Below, piece by piece: positions 40,241 to 56,677 of a stretch of DNA of 64,000 nucleotides (positions within the stretch are counted from its first letter, which is position 1; each line of letters opens with the position of its first letter). Location: the NCBI GenBank assembly GCA_964016885.1, contig OZ024756.1:22878001-22942000 (forward strand), read 5' to 3'. A program made the translations under genes and the position numbers. This DNA comes from Eledone cirrhosa (lineage: Eukaryota). The notes beneath the pieces were generated by a model. That model ran no database searches. It had not been told where the DNA came from and saw nothing but the letters and a program-made list of their open reading frames with translations.

Positions 40241-43189
40241 TGATCATGTTTATGTTTCTTTTATTCTGTTTTTATACCCTATCATTCTTTGATAGGAAGA
40301 TATCAATGATGGAGAACCTGGGAGTATTGCCACATTACAACGACTGAAACCATCAAAAGAATAAAATATAAATTAAAACAGAATCAAACAACATTTGTTC
40401 AATTCGATCATTTTATCCTTTTTTTCCGGTTTACCATTTATTTCCAATTTCTTGTTTTCCATATAAATTTATATTTTATTCTTAACTTTTATGATAAACA
40501 TCTTTTTTCAAATTTTTTTCTTTTCCTTTTTTCCTTTAATCTAAATATCATCACAAAGAAGTCGGATTGATGGTCAAACTGATAAGCGACTGTTTATTTT
40601 ATGGTCGTTTAATCCGGATTACAAATTAGATGTCTTCAAATAAAATACTGATTTAACATGGCTACCATTCGTTTGATGTGAACGACCGTACAGATTTATG
40701 GCTGTGTCGTTACGCCACTGTTACGTTATTCCTGTCAGCAATTTTACTTGTTTGCCTTTGCATTTCTCTTCCCCCCAATCACTTGCATGTCATACTCCTT
40801 CTGTTCTGCCACTTCCATCGTCGTTACCTTCTTGTCCGACTTCATTTTCTTTTCTTTCTACCTCCTGTCTTCATCTTTCCTTTAAAATAGAAGTGCACAT
40901 TGCATAATGCAATCCTACACATGGTATGTTCGAAAAAGCAAAACAAAAAAAAAAACAGTAGAATCGTTAGAGCAATTCTGATCATAGGTCGAGTTAATTA
41001 TGGTTGGCCTGGGGGTAAACAACAATTCCTCGTTTTTTGTTGTTTTTATTTTTGTTTTCCACGCTTACTTTTCACATCACTTCATCCCTTCTTTATCTCC
41101 CTTCTTTTATTTTCTATTTTTTTCCTTCCTCGTTTTCTATGCCATATTTTCTCTTTTTGCTGTTTGCTACATTTTTTCTACTGTTTTTCTATTCACCTCT
41201 GCCCTCAAACAACCTGTCAATACCCCTCTGTTCGTTCGTATTTGTAATTAACGTGTTTTATTCTGCCATTAGACTGTCGTTTTATTTCGATCCAGCAAAG
41301 GTTTCTATGATATTACTCGTTTGACCTCCTAGAAATGGCCAGATCTATTTTAAATCAAATTCTACGGTCTTGGTTATATAATCCTATATAAGCAATGATT
41401 GTGAGAGAAATGCAAGTGTGGGATCGTGTCTGGAAACTCTTTTATCATAAGTCTGATCGAGACTAAGCAACAACAAAAATTATTTTAACTTTGAGTCAAA
41501 AGGGAAGTCACTGGATAAATACTGGTCCTGCAAGAATTAGCAGTCAAACCTCCCAAATTTCTAGCGAAACCTCAAATCACACCCAACATTAATGTACCCT
41601 TAATTCACTGACTACAACTTTTGTATTCTAACTTTTTAAAACAATGGAAACACGCGTTTGGTAATATAAACTTAAATACACTGTCTTTGATTCACAGACG
41701 GAGTGGTCACAAGTGGAACGTCTTTAATTGTTGGTCTACACTAACCTACTCTAAAACAATAACAATTTATTTTATTTAATGCTTTCACTTTTTGCTGTTT
41801 CGTTTTGTTTCTTTTTATTCATTCCGGCATATGGATTCCACCTGTTACATGTCAAGGAAACTACGAAAGGAAAAGAAACACCATTTGCACCTTTTCCCTG
41901 CTAGAATAAAGGATATTTCCCTTATTACAAACGAGGAAGGAAATTATGGATCTTATAGGAGTATTTGATGATTTCATTTGTCACTTGCATTGTTTCTTGG
42001 GTAATATATTCCTAGATACGGCCTGTCTCAGAGAAATAATGCGAGTGATGGCCATGGCTAGAACACTTTCTACTATAAGTCTATTTGTTTCAGATAGTTT
42101 TTTCGCTTAATCAGAATGAAAATCGAGTTTGTTATCCTTAATACATGGTTGTTGAGATTGTTTAGGATGAAGGAGGAGATTATCCCCTAATCGGAGAACT
42201 GGTCAAACTGCTTGAAAGTAACTAGACTCTGCTAAAACACACACACACACACACACATACACCAAGAAGTAGTGGTGGTGTTAAATTGGATGAGGGATTA
42301 AATTTATCCACCCCCACACACCCTAAATAGGCTATGCTAGGATTTAAACACAAGGCAAGGGAGAAAAGCCTCAATTACCATCGTGAGTTATTCAGTTCGA
42401 CGCTCTACTGATTCAAACAGTTCACCACCTAAGACTAGTATTTTATCGACGTGTAACTACACAAAATTCTTATATTCAACTGTTCTTTCTCTCATACCAA
42501 CAACTTTAGGCTATCCTTGTATTGAATCAGTATTTCTGTGTATTTTACATTCTGGAATATTCCAGTTTCGTTTCGTTAATCTTTATCAATCCTTTGCTTC
42601 TTTCTTGGTTTATGTATTTGCGCTTTACCTATTTTTTCTCCTTTTCTTCTTTCTTTCTCCTTCCATTCTTTTTTGCACCCTACCTTCTTTCCTTATCTCA
42701 TTAAATTATTCTATCATTTGCTTATTCATTCACCACATATGATACAAGCTTCACTAACCTCCTACACTATACGCAATCTAGACAATAACAGCATCAGTGA
42801 ACAGAAAACTTGAAATGTTTATACCTAAGGGATATGATTAATATATAGTGCCCATCTTCAACGGATGGAAGAAAGGCCACATATATCAAAGAAAAGTAAT
42901 CTTATGTTCATCACATGAAGCGCACACAATTGAAACGTTTAGAGTTCCTTCAAATACTAAGTTCCACAAATCTGTGAGGTTCTTGTTTATAACCACAGGT
43001 CAGTCCATGACAAACAAACGTATGGTCAATAGTATTCGAGCCACTGAGATAATCCAGTCTTTTTGTATATCTAAAACAGAGGTTCTCAAAGTGGACGCTA
43101 CTGCCCCCGGGGAGCGTTGAGAAGGTCCAGAGGGCGCTGACGCCTAAGGGGCGGTAGAAATGATATAATAGTAAATTGAATATCAAATG

Positions 43190-43406
43190 GCGGTGGATTG
43201 GCAGTATCGGTAAAGCGTCGGACACCATGCTTTGCAGCATAGTTACGCCCCTTTATGATCTGAGTTCAAATCCCGCCGAGGTTAGCTTTGCTTTTCATCC
43301 TTGCGGGGTCGATAGAACAAAGCACCAATAATGCACTGGGTTCGATTTAAGCGTCTTTCCCGCCTCCAAAATTGCTGGCCTTGTGCCTATAGTAGAAATT
43401 ATATTA
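43190..43406 (+). mobile_element. S1 SINE nested in the hAT element
   Basis: 11-bp TSD AATATCAAATG at 43179-43189 and 43407-43417. Confidence 0.9.
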
Positions 43407-43429
43407 AATATCAAATGATACTATATATA

Positions 43430-43849
43430 TTGTTATACTTTGGGAGGGTCATGTTGCCAATAAGAAACACACGCACCAGTTGCTTTCACTTCAATTTATT
43501 ATAATAAATTTATAAATTTAGGAATTTATAAATTTCCGGTTGGATGGCGTAGGACAGAACAAAGGAGAGGCACAAAAAACAAAGAAAAGAATCCCCAGTC
43601 ACTGAAGAGGTCACAGAAAGTGTGACGAAAGAACTTTGACAATATATAAACAACCATCTGGTTGTGGAACCAACCAACCAACCGGAAATTTGTAAATTCC
43701 TAAATTTATAAATTTATTATAATAAATTGAAGTGAAATCAACTGGTGCGTGTGTTTCTTATTGGCAACATGACCCTCCCAAAGTATAACAATATCGGTTT
43801 CAACACACGTTTTCAGATAAAGAATCTTGCTAAACAAATTCAGAAACGA
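43430..43849 (+). mobile_element. PLE family B inverted pair nested in the hAT element; hammerhead at 43598-43640
   Basis: Flanking duplication GATACTATATATA at 43417-43429 and 43850-43862. Confidence 0.8.
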
Positions 43850-44793
43850 GATACTATATATAAATATAGTAAAATAAAAAATATATAATATTCATTTATT
43901 TATACATAGTATATATAATATTATTTATTATACATTATTTACAATTTGCATGTCTCTCTAGAAATAGGAGTGGGTGCGCAGAGGCGATTACGTGGTTGAG
44001 AGGAGGCGGGCTTGTGGCCCAAAAAGTTTGAGGATATCTGATCTAAAACTACAATGTATAAGAGTAACATTTGAGGAAATGCCGCTGCTTTTTTCTATGT
44101 CTTCAAAATGGTAGTAACGGTGTTAATTCTACAACGGAGTGAGTTGAACTCAAAACAAGGAACAGCTCTATCACATCTAATTCTGATAATTTCCAATTTG
44201 TGGTCTACATGTAGACACCCAGGCTGTGCATCTGCTCACAACGTGTATTTCTCTCTCTTCCTTTCACCATTCAAACATTTACTATTGTGCAAACTTTGAG
44301 AGAAATTTTAAATAATTTTTAAGTGCAAAACTCCGCATAATTACCTGTAAACTCATTAGAAATATATAGACTATATATTTAGTATTCTCTGTATCCATTG
44401 TTCTAACATTTTAACTCACACAGACAGGTAAACACAAATATAAGGTGTAGTCTGAACTCCTCTATATTATATTCTATAAATGTCGCAACATTCACTAGGT
44501 ATACCCATGATTGACATATATGAATAAGGTGGCCTAAACGAGCGGACAGCAAAAGTATAAAGGCGAAAGTAGCGTCTTTTTTTTTCCTGTTCTATGGCGA
44601 AATTCATGTAGCTAATGTGCACAGAGAGAGAGAGAGAGTAAGAGAGAGGGAGGGAGACAGAGAGAGAGAGAGATAGAAAGAGAGAGAGATAGAAAGAGAG
44701 AGGGTGGAGAGATAGAAAGAGAGAGGGGGGAGAGATAGAAAGAGAGAGGGGGGAGAGATAGAAAGAGAGAGGGGGGAGAGATAGAAAGAGAGG

Positions 44794-44840
<47 letters not shown>

Positions 44841-45175
44841 TGAGTGTATGTGTGTGTGTTTGTGAGTGTATGTGTGTGTGTTTGTGAGTGTGTGTGTACT
44901 TGTGTGTGTGTGGGTGTCAGTGCATCAATCTTAATACGAAACGATCTACAGAAACATGAAGAAATCTTCAAGCAGAATATTTCTTCATTTATTAGAATGT
45001 CAGTGTCTCAGAAATATAAAAGCTTTTAGAACAATGTTTAATATTATATATACACACACACACACATACATATATATACATACATATGCATACATACATA
45101 TACGTACATACAATCTTCAAATGAAAAACTACAATATGCTAATTTATAGATCTAATACAGAATATAACTTTTAAG

Positions 45176-45211
<36 letters not shown>

Positions 45212-45504
45212 TATATATACGCATACATATACACATACATATATATACACACACATATAAACATGTGTGAATATTTGTATGTACAATCATTTTCATTGAA
45301 ACATTTTCCTAAAATGCTGTATCAGCTTCAAGTTATCAAGTTATCAATAAAGAAATTGTAATTAGAAATGGAAACAATATCTCCTTATACACTTCAAATG
45401 GAAGAGATGTTTAATATATCTGTAGAAGTAATAATTATTCTGTTACAGAATATTTTCACTTTAAAGCCCTGTATCAAGTTACATAGCACTACATGAAAAT
45501 CCGA

Positions 45505-45640
45505 GGTGGCGGATTGGCAGAGTCACTAGAACGTCGGATAGAATGCTTTGCGGTACTTGTTTCGACTCTCTGAGTTCAAATCCCACCGAGGTCAATTTTG
45601 CCTGTCACCTATTCGAGGTTGATAAAAAAACAATACCACT
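45505..45640 (+). mobile_element. Older S1-related SINE
   Basis: TGGCAGAGTC...GAGTTCAAATCCCACCGAGGTC. Confidence 0.7.
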
Positions 45641-46069
45641 CCAGCATATACTGTAATAGAAACTTGGTATAAATATCCAATGGTTTAGATCACTCAGTCC
45701 GTGGGAATAGTTACATAGAATTAGTTATGACCGTTGGATTTAACATCAACTCATTCAGTCTACCCTATTGAAGTAACAAACACCATTTTCAGGATCATTT
45801 AATATTTTTGTGGCAGCTACATGGAAACTAGACGAGAATCACAAGAATATAACGACGTGTTAACATAAGATACTAATGCATGCATGCAAGGTCCCGTAAC
45901 TCCTGATGGAGTCGTAGGAACGCCATATTTATATACAGCGTTTCTTGGGCATTTTTGGTCTGGTGGAACCCCTCTCTCTCCAACTTTCAATACAGTAGAT
46001 TTCTTCCCGAGAAGCATAGGGAGAATGAGAGAAGAGATGTGAGAAAGGTATATAGGGGAAGAATCGACC

Positions 46070-46210
46070 CCAGTATTAGACTGGTACATTTTCATCGACC
46101 TCGAAAGAATGAAAGGCAAACTTAATCTCGGCGGGATTTGAACTCAGAAAGGAGTTAACCGAAACGAATTCTGCAAAGCATCCAATCTGACGTTCAAACG
46201 ACTTTGCCAA
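46070..46210 (-). mobile_element. Older S1-related SINE
   Basis: GAAAGGCAAA...CGGGATTTGAACTCAG. Confidence 0.7.
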
Positions 46211-46455
46211 ATTATTTAAGACAGTAATACAAAATGTTGTATCAAAGTTTTCTGGCCTGAAACACGAGAAATAGATCTCAGCAGAAAACTGCTCAGGGAT
46301 TGTACAATATTTACGACTGATGGTAGACAAGAGAAGAACAAACACTTTCTACATAAACGAAAAAGAGGAGACGAAGAAAGCCTCGCAATACAAGGGAATG
46401 TATATACAGGTATATATAGCCCTCTTTGGATTTTAGTCTTCAAATTTAGTATTAT

Positions 46456-46518
<63 letters not shown>

Positions 46519-46521
<3 letters not shown>

Positions 46522-46664
46522 CGAAGGAGTTGTGGTAAGAAACCAGATGTACCATAACGCACCAGAGTACTCAATACTTAGGGTAGTAGAGTGTGTCATA
46601 GGAAAATGTTTGACCCCGACGGCAGAGCTCAAGCCGTTTCGACGGCTATTTCTGGAGTCCAGAA
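46519..46664 (-). mobile_element. PLE-like family A single arm
   Basis: Family A sequence between (TA)n tracts. Confidence 0.7.
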
Positions 46665-46681
46665 ATATATATATATATTGC

Positions 46682-46723
<42 letters not shown>

Positions 46724-47468
46724 TATATATATAAATTGTATATATATATATATATATATTGTACATATATATATATATATTGTACATATATATATATATT
46801 GTACATATATATATATACACAATATATATATACATATATATAATATATATATATATATACAATATATATATATACAATATATATATACAATATATATATA
46901 TGCAATATATATATACAATATATATATATGCAATATATAAATATATATATACAATATATATATATATATATACAATATATATATATACAATCTATATATA
47001 TGCAATATATATATATACAATATATATATATATACAATATATATATATGCAATATATATATATATATATAGATGCAATATATATATATACAATATATATA
47101 TATGCAATATATATATATATAGATGCAATATATATATATACGCAATATATATATATGCAATATATATATATATGCAATATATATATATATAGATGCAATA
47201 TATATATGCAATATATATATATATATGCAATATATATATATATATATGCAATATATATATATATATATATGCAATATATATATATATATATGCAATATAT
47301 ATATATATATATATATATATGCAATATATATATATATGCAATATATATATATATATATATATGCAATATATATATGCAATATATATATATATATATATAT
47401 ATGCAATATATATGCAATATATATATATATATATATATATATGCAATATATATATATATATATATATG

Positions 47469-47512
<44 letters not shown>

Positions 47513-47659
47513 AGACAAGGAAAGAGAGATAAGGATTAAATCTTACACATGCTCATAAACCCACAGTTATGCATATGAGAGAGAGGGGGGCGAGAGGGAG
47601 ACTGACAGATAGAGGGGTAGAGATAGAGAGATGTTCAAACAAACTGATGAAAATTGTGA

Positions 47660-49014
47660 GAGAGAGACTGAGCTATAAATGTTAAGAAAGAGACTGAGCT
47701 ATAAATGATAAGAAAGAGACTGAGCTATAAATGTTAAGAAAGAGACTGAGCTATAAATGTTAAGAAAGAGACTGAGCTATAAATGATAAGAAAGAGACTG
47801 AGCTATAAATGTTAAGAAAGAGACTGAGCTATAAATGATAAAAAGAAACTGAGCTATAAATGATAAGAAAGAGACTGAGCTATAAATGATAAGAAAGAGA
47901 CAGCTATAAATGTTAAGAAAGAAACTGAGCTATAAATGATAAGAAAGAGACTGAGCTATAAATGATAAGAAAGAGACTGAGCTATAAATGTTAAGAAAGA
48001 AACTGAGCTATAAATGATAAGAAAGAGACTGAGCTATAAATGTTAAGAAAGAAACTGAGCTATAAATGATAAGAAAGAAACTGAGCTATAAATGATAAGA
48101 AAGAGACTGAGCTATAAATGATAAGAAAGAGACTGAGCTATAAATGTTAAGAAAGAAACTGAGCTATAAATGTTAAGAAAGAGACTGAGCTATAAATGAT
48201 AAGAAAGAGACTGGGCTATAAATGATAAGAAAGAGACTGAGCTATAAATGATAAGAAAGAGACTGAGCTATAAATGTTAAGAAAGAAACTGAGCTATAAA
48301 TGATAAGAAAGAGACTGAGCTATAAATGATAAGAGACTGAGCTATAAATGATAAGAAAGAAACTGAGCTATAAATGTTAAGAAAGAGACTGAGCTATAAA
48401 TGATAAGAAAGAGACTGAGCTATAAATGATAAGAAAGAGACTGAGCTATAAATGATAAGAAAGAAACTGAGCTATAAATGATAAGAAAGAGTCTGAGCTA
48501 TAAATGATAAGAAAGAAACTGAGCTATAAATGATAAGAAAGAGACTGAGCTATAAATGATAAGAAAGAGACTGAGCTATAAATGATAAGAAAGAAACTGA
48601 GCTATAAATGATAAGAAAGAAACTGAGCTATAAATGATAAGAAAGAAACTGAGCTATAAATGATAAGAAAGAGACTGAGCTATAAATGATAAGAAAGAGA
48701 CTGAGCTATAAATGTTAAGAAAGAAACTGAGCTATAAATGTTAAGAAAGAGACTGAGCTATAAATGATAAGAAAGAGACTGAGCTATAAATGATAAGAAA
48801 GAAACTGAGCTATAAATGATAAGAAAGAGACTGAGCTATAAATGATAAGAAAGAGACTGAGCTATAAATGATAAGAAAGAAACTGAGCTATAAATGATAA
48901 GAGAGAGACTGAGCTATAAATGATAAGAAAGAAAGAGACTGAGCTATAAATGTTAAGAAAGAGACTGAGCTATAAATGATAAGAAAGAGACAGCTATAAA
49001 TGTTAAGAAAGAAA
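47660..49014. repeat. 26-bp minisatellite, about 50 copies
   Basis: Unit GA(G/A)ACTGAGCTATAAATG(A/T)TAAGAAA. Confidence 0.95.
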
Positions 49015-49475
49015 CACACAGGAGCAGAACAATATAATTTAGAAACCGAGACAATTTATAGCTCACTGAAGTACATTCGTGCTATCAATTGTTAAATTCA
49101 ATTTTCTTTTATCATTTTTTTTCCTGTGTTTTTGTTTTTTTTTCCGCTTTCAAATTCATATCAAACTTGAAACATTCTCAGTGGGTTTTGTACAAGTAAT
49201 ATTTAATATTGCTTGATTTAGGCAATCTCTAGTGTCGCTGTCGTATCCGTTATATTACATGCTCAGTTGTCAAATATAGAATAAATTTGAAATATAAGCT
49301 ATAGGTTTTATGTTACACACATATAAAATAAACGACGAATTATTTTTTTAGAACAGTTGGTGGTAGCTGTATGAGAATCAACAACTTTTGACATTTTCAC
49401 CATTGTTTTTCTTTCGTATAACATAAACTGGGACAGCAATATTTAACGGTAGAGAAGGCTGTCATTATATTAATT

Positions 49476-50305
49476 GACGGTGGATTGGCAGTATCGGTAG
49501 AGGGTCGGACGCCATGCTTTCCAGCATAGTTGCTTTGACGTATAGAGTTACGGCCCTTGTCATTCTGAGTTCAAATCCCACCGAGGTTGACTTTGCCTTT
49601 CATCCTTACGGGGTAGATAAAATAAAGTACCAGTAATGCATTGGTTAATTGCTGGCCTTGTGCCTAAAGTAGAAACAATTATATTAATTGATGGTGGTTT
49701 GGCAGTATCGGTAGAGGGTCGGACGCCATGCTTTCCAGCATAGTTACGGCCTTTTATGATCTGAGTTCAAATCCCGCCGAGGTTAACTTTGCCTTTCATC
49801 CTTACGGGGTTGATAAAATAAAGCACCAGTAATTTTACTGGGGTCAAATTTAATAGACTTTCCCCTCCCCCCCAAATTACTGGCCTTGTGCCTATACTAG
49901 AAGTCATTATGTTAATTGATGGAGTTATTCACGCTTCGTGGTAGAATGGTTAAAATAATTGCTTCGTAATTATAGAGATTACATGTTGTATCCCACTGCC
50001 AGGCAATTCGATAAACTTCCGTTTACCATTGCTTCTGGTCTACCCATAGAGTATTACATTAATTATGGGCGGTGGATTGGCAGTATCGGTAGAAAGTCGG
50101 ACACCATGCTTTGCAGCATAGAGCTACGGTCCTTTACTGACTGAGTTCAAATCCCACCGAAGTTAGCTTTGCCTTTCATCCTTACGGGGTCGATGAAATA
50201 AAGCACCAGTATTGCACTAGGGTTCTAATCCACGTTTCTAATCCACGTTTCCCTCTCCCCCCCCCCCCCAAATTGCTGGCCTTGTGCCTAAATCAGAAAC
50301 CATTA
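49476..50305 (+). mobile_element. Cluster of three S1 SINEs
   Basis: Copies at 49476-49685, 49688-49910 and 50066-50305. Confidence 0.85.
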
Positions 50306-51155
50306 ATTATACAAGTAGTATGACTGAATGCTTAGGTTCCGGGTCCAGTTTCAATGCATGAAATCTTGGACAAGTGTATTTTACTGCTTTACGTCGGATC
50401 TACCTACGTTTTGTGAGTGCTGGGTAAGCAGTAAGCAGAAAACTCTGTGGAATGTTTGTTATGTGGTTTGTGATCACAATTCCAACGACCAGTTTTGTCA
50501 GTCACAAGGTTACGTTAATTCTGAAATACACGTCTCTCTTGAACCATTCAGCCCCTATGTGTGACCATCACAAGCTCACTGTAGCATGCTCTTGGTAGAT
50601 AATTTACTCTAAATCACTGGTTCATCCGTAACATTCTTCAATAAGAAGGTTTGGTGAGGATGCAAGTTTACATTACCGATGAGCCGAACCTATAAGAAAA
50701 TGAACTGGCTTACACGTCGCCGATGATCGCACACACACAAACACCTATGTATCTATGTATACATCTATCTATCTATCTCTCACTCTTTCAACGTATGTCT
50801 GTCTGTCTCTCTCTCTTTCTCTCTGTCTCTATATATATAGAGAGAGAGATAGATAGATAGATGGGGGAGAGAGATAGATGGGGAGAGAGACAGACAGACA
50901 GATAGATACATAGAGAGAGAGAGAGATATATATAGATAGATGTATACATATATCACGCTCGATCACCAGCTTTTTAAACAAATATACACAAAACGCCAGC
51001 ATCAACAGTTTTCGGAGAGAGAGAGCAACACGAAGATATGGCAACATGAATAGCCCTGTTACTTTTCACTAGAAAATTATTTTCCGTTTCCGCCCTAACC
51101 GTCTCCACAATCTTATTGTATTTTCTTTAATTTCTCATTCTATTTTCTGATGAAG

Positions 51156-51239
<84 letters not shown>

Positions 51240-51417
51240 TATGAATTAACCGTTTTTTGTTTAATTTCATTGTTTTAATATTTCTATTTTTGACTCTGTA
51301 TCCAATGAATTATATAGTTGAAAATTTTGTATTTTAAACTTTGCTTCACGACATCTACATACGGATTACATTGAGTTCTTCATACGGTTTAGACCCTACC
51401 ATTAATTGGTAGATTTA

Positions 51418-51422
<5 letters not shown>
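51240..51422 (+). mobile_element. PLE-like family D tail
   Basis: GACTCTGTAT...CGGATTACATTGAGTTCTTCATACGG...GGTAGATTTATCT shared with 33531-33660. Confidence 0.6.
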
Positions 51423-51455
<33 letters not shown>

Positions 51456-51778
51456 CATATATACAGATAAATCTACCAATATATTTATATTTATATATAT
51501 ATACAGATAAATCTACCAATATATATATATATATTTATATATATATACAGATAAATCTACCAATATATTTATATTTATATATATATACAGATAAATCTAC
51601 CAATATATTTATATATATATATATATATATACAGATAAATCTACCAATATATTTATATATATATATATATATACAGATAAATCTACCAATATATTTATAT
51701 ATATAAACAGATAAATCTACCAATATATTTATATATATAAACAGATAAATCTACCAATATATTTATATATATATAAAT

Positions 51779-51878
<100 letters not shown>

Positions 51879-53109
51879 TTTTCAAAATTGCCTTAATAAC
51901 TGCCACTCTGCGGCAAATCTTTCCGTTTATCATTGAATATTGATAAGGTCATAGCGTATATTTTGAGTTGTGTTGCTTTCCTACCGCAATAACGGTGATG
52001 GATTTCTATTGCGTGTATATATGTATGTATGTTCTTCAGGTTTTATAATTTCACAAAGTTTTTCCCAATAGAGAGAGAGTCGGTTTCTAACATAGACACA
52101 AGACTCTCTCATTGGAATTTACACAACATCAACTAGGTAGATTATGTATGCATGCATGCATCTGTATATCTGGATGCTATTGTATGTGTGGATGTGTATG
52201 GTTTGAGTTGCATGTGTGTATGTGTATATGTTTTGTATCTGTACATGTGTATATGCAGTTATTAGATGCAAAATTTTTGGAATGTTTTACATATTTTTAC
52301 TGTTCCTTTAATGGATTGTACTTGTAATTTCCTAACTAGTTGTGTTCTTTCTGGTTCTGTGAAGCCCAGCTTCATGTGTGTATTTGTGTGTGTTTATTTA
52401 CTAAATGGTCCTTTTCGATTACTTTGCTGCCTACCTCTAGTTGTATAGTATAGTATCGTATAGTATAGTATAGTATTGATTCTTTAGTAAGAGATTACAG
52501 GAAGTAGAAACACCATCACCCAAAGAAAATATTATTTAGGTTTCATGATAAATAACATCAGCAAGCCAACACTCTACCTGGCCAGCCAACCACTGTTGTT
52601 CGTGTTCAATGGTCTATTTTAAAATGTGTCACATCTTTCTTCACTTGTATAATTTTGATTTCAAATCATAATGTTTCACTTGTGTAATTGATTGTACTGA
52701 ACTTGTAGCCTAATTCGTAAAGCTAATCTTTGTTTTATTTCGTTTTTAAATTTCAGTTTAATGTTCTTAGCTGTTACATTTAATATGTTAATGCCTCGGT
52801 TTTGCTGCGGGTGTAATGTCAATTCATATTTATCTAGAATATCTCACCTATTGCGTTTTAATGTGTTCTCCGATTTTTCCCACGTTTGATGTTACCAATC
52901 ATGAACATATCAACCTATATGTGTGACTGTATCATTGTATCATCTCTGTGTGTGTGAGACTGTCTCTCCCACATCGTACGTCTTTCTCCTTCTCTCTCAC
53001 CGTCTCACACTCTCTCAGTATATATGTTTTACTATTTTACGCATCTACTCACCATTAAACTACTACCACCACCACTATTATTATTATCAATAACCGTATT
53101 ATTTTTATT

Positions 53110-54415
<1,306 letters not shown>

Positions 54416-54433
54416 TTAAGAGCATTATCAAAT

Positions 54434-54474
<41 letters not shown>

Positions 54475-56635
54475 TCCACTGTCTGAGAGAGATTTTGTTG
54501 TTACGTGTGTCTATGACTGTATGTTCAGATGCCTGTGTTATAAATATATATCATATAATAGTTTTAAAAAAAATTGAATCATGACTGGACAAAAGAGATA
54601 TTATAAAATATATTCAGTAATGGAATATTTCAGCCTTGATTCAATTATTTTATACACTTTCTAATTAATTAATGAGTTTACTATTTCGCAAAATTATCTC
54701 CGTATTCATTTCTTTTATTCGTTCTTTTATTTGTTCTTTTATTCTTTACATTCTCTTATTCTTTCTATTCCTCCCATTATTTAATTCCTTCCAGTTAAAA
54801 TAGTCATTCCTTATATATGCTTATTCATTCGTATATAATTCTCTTGCTGTGTTACACGCGACACCAGGAAAATATGAGCCATAACATTTAAAAAATTCAG
54901 AATAAAAAAAAATCAGAATAAAAAAAAATCAGAATAAAAAAAATCAGAAATCAAAATCCTGCAAAAAATATAAAGAAAAAAAAAAATGTTTTGATTTGAA
55001 AAAATAAATTCATTTGAACAGAAATAACGAAACACTGGTAAAGATATTCAATGGGTATTATTGACGTGTGTAACTACTAACTCATCCCAGAAATTCTACC
55101 TCAATCATACCATTATCAACGAGTCAATCAGTAAAATACAGCATGAATCCTCAACCTTCTTGAAATTGAAACAATACTCCTCTTCAATGAGTTCTTATTC
55201 GAATGTTTTAAAACATAAAATATACAATGTGAGAAGCTGATTTATTGATTTTTATGCGCTTATTCATACACACACATATATATATATATATATATAAGCA
55301 TAATTATCAGCTTTTATGTGCTTAGAATATACATACACATAGACACACATACACACACACTCACATATAGTAATAAATATATATATATTAGAAAGTGTTT
55401 AAATTTGATTGAAGTATTGACGAATATGAAAGAAATGGTCTTTTTGGGAGCCTCTATAATACAGATGGATTACAAAATCTGGTGGCAATAGGAAGAAAGG
55501 TGGTAAGGAGAAAGAGAAATGTAAGAAGAAATGTAAAATGAAATGAAAACCAGAGACGAAGTTTCCTTGGGATAGATTTATTCGTCCCTTTTTTTCGGAT
55601 TTCACATCCATCGTCGGGAGATTCCGAAATATAGGGACGAAGGTAACATATACATATACTTTCATTAAATGACACCCCAAACACACTACGACCACTAACA
55701 GTCTCTATACGTAGGATATGTACACAGAAAACAGAACAAACAAACCTAGAGTACAAACAATACGTATATATCATATATGTCATGGATTACAGCAGTCTAA
55801 TTCTTCATGCTTCTACAATAACTATACAGAATATCACATGAACACATAAATAACATTAAACGATGTAATGAAAAATGCCCTGGATATGCAATGAACATTG
55901 TAAATAGAAAATCCATACGATAATAGCAGAATATGTCGTTTGTGAAATAGATAATGTGTCGCCTACTTTGGCAAGTCCTACCCCATCCAACTAGACGCTG
56001 GGTGGCTTTAGCGGAGTTCACTATACTTCAAAGTTTCCCACCAGATATCCAGTCTGAGAATAAACGATAATTATTGATTTCTTCTCATTCACCCAGCCAC
56101 TGCTATCAACATTAACTAGCTTCGGAAGCCATACAAGATAACAAAGAAATGTGCTTGGTTGATCATGGCTGCGGTTCTTATTCTGCATAATACATAAGCC
56201 TTTTTAAATAATCATCCTTGACGAATGTAAGTATACTTAGACTAGTGGCTCTGTCAATTGTATCTAGACTATGCACTGAATACTTAAATGCTAAAGATCT
56301 GATCTTGCAGAGCTGATCACCTTGTGACTAAATGAAAAAACAAAACACATCCACTGAACGCTGCGTCAATTCTTCTTGGTGTGAAGACCTCGCATAATGT
56401 CATGAATTAACGTCAGATATCTTAACAACAGTTACAAAAAAATTAGTTGTCGTGTGCCATCTTGATTCAGACTTTGTTATGGACATTTTAATCTTATTCA
56501 TTATCCCAAGAATTTTGAACAGGATTAAAATGAAATGAAAATTAAGAGTAGTTTTAATCGCAACTTCGAGAAAAATTTAATGATTTTTTAATGGAGAAAG
56601 TGAAAAAAGAAAAACACTAAAAAGACGAAAAAGAT

Positions 56636-56636
56636 G

Positions 56637-56677
<41 letters not shown>

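Larger units (their letters stand above)
43077..44040. mobile_element. hAT (Charlie-like) non-autonomous element with nested insertions
   Basis: CAGAGGTTCTCAAA / TTTGAGGATATCTG ends; perfect 8-bp TSD ATCTAAAA at 43069-43076 and 44041-44048. Confidence 0.85.
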
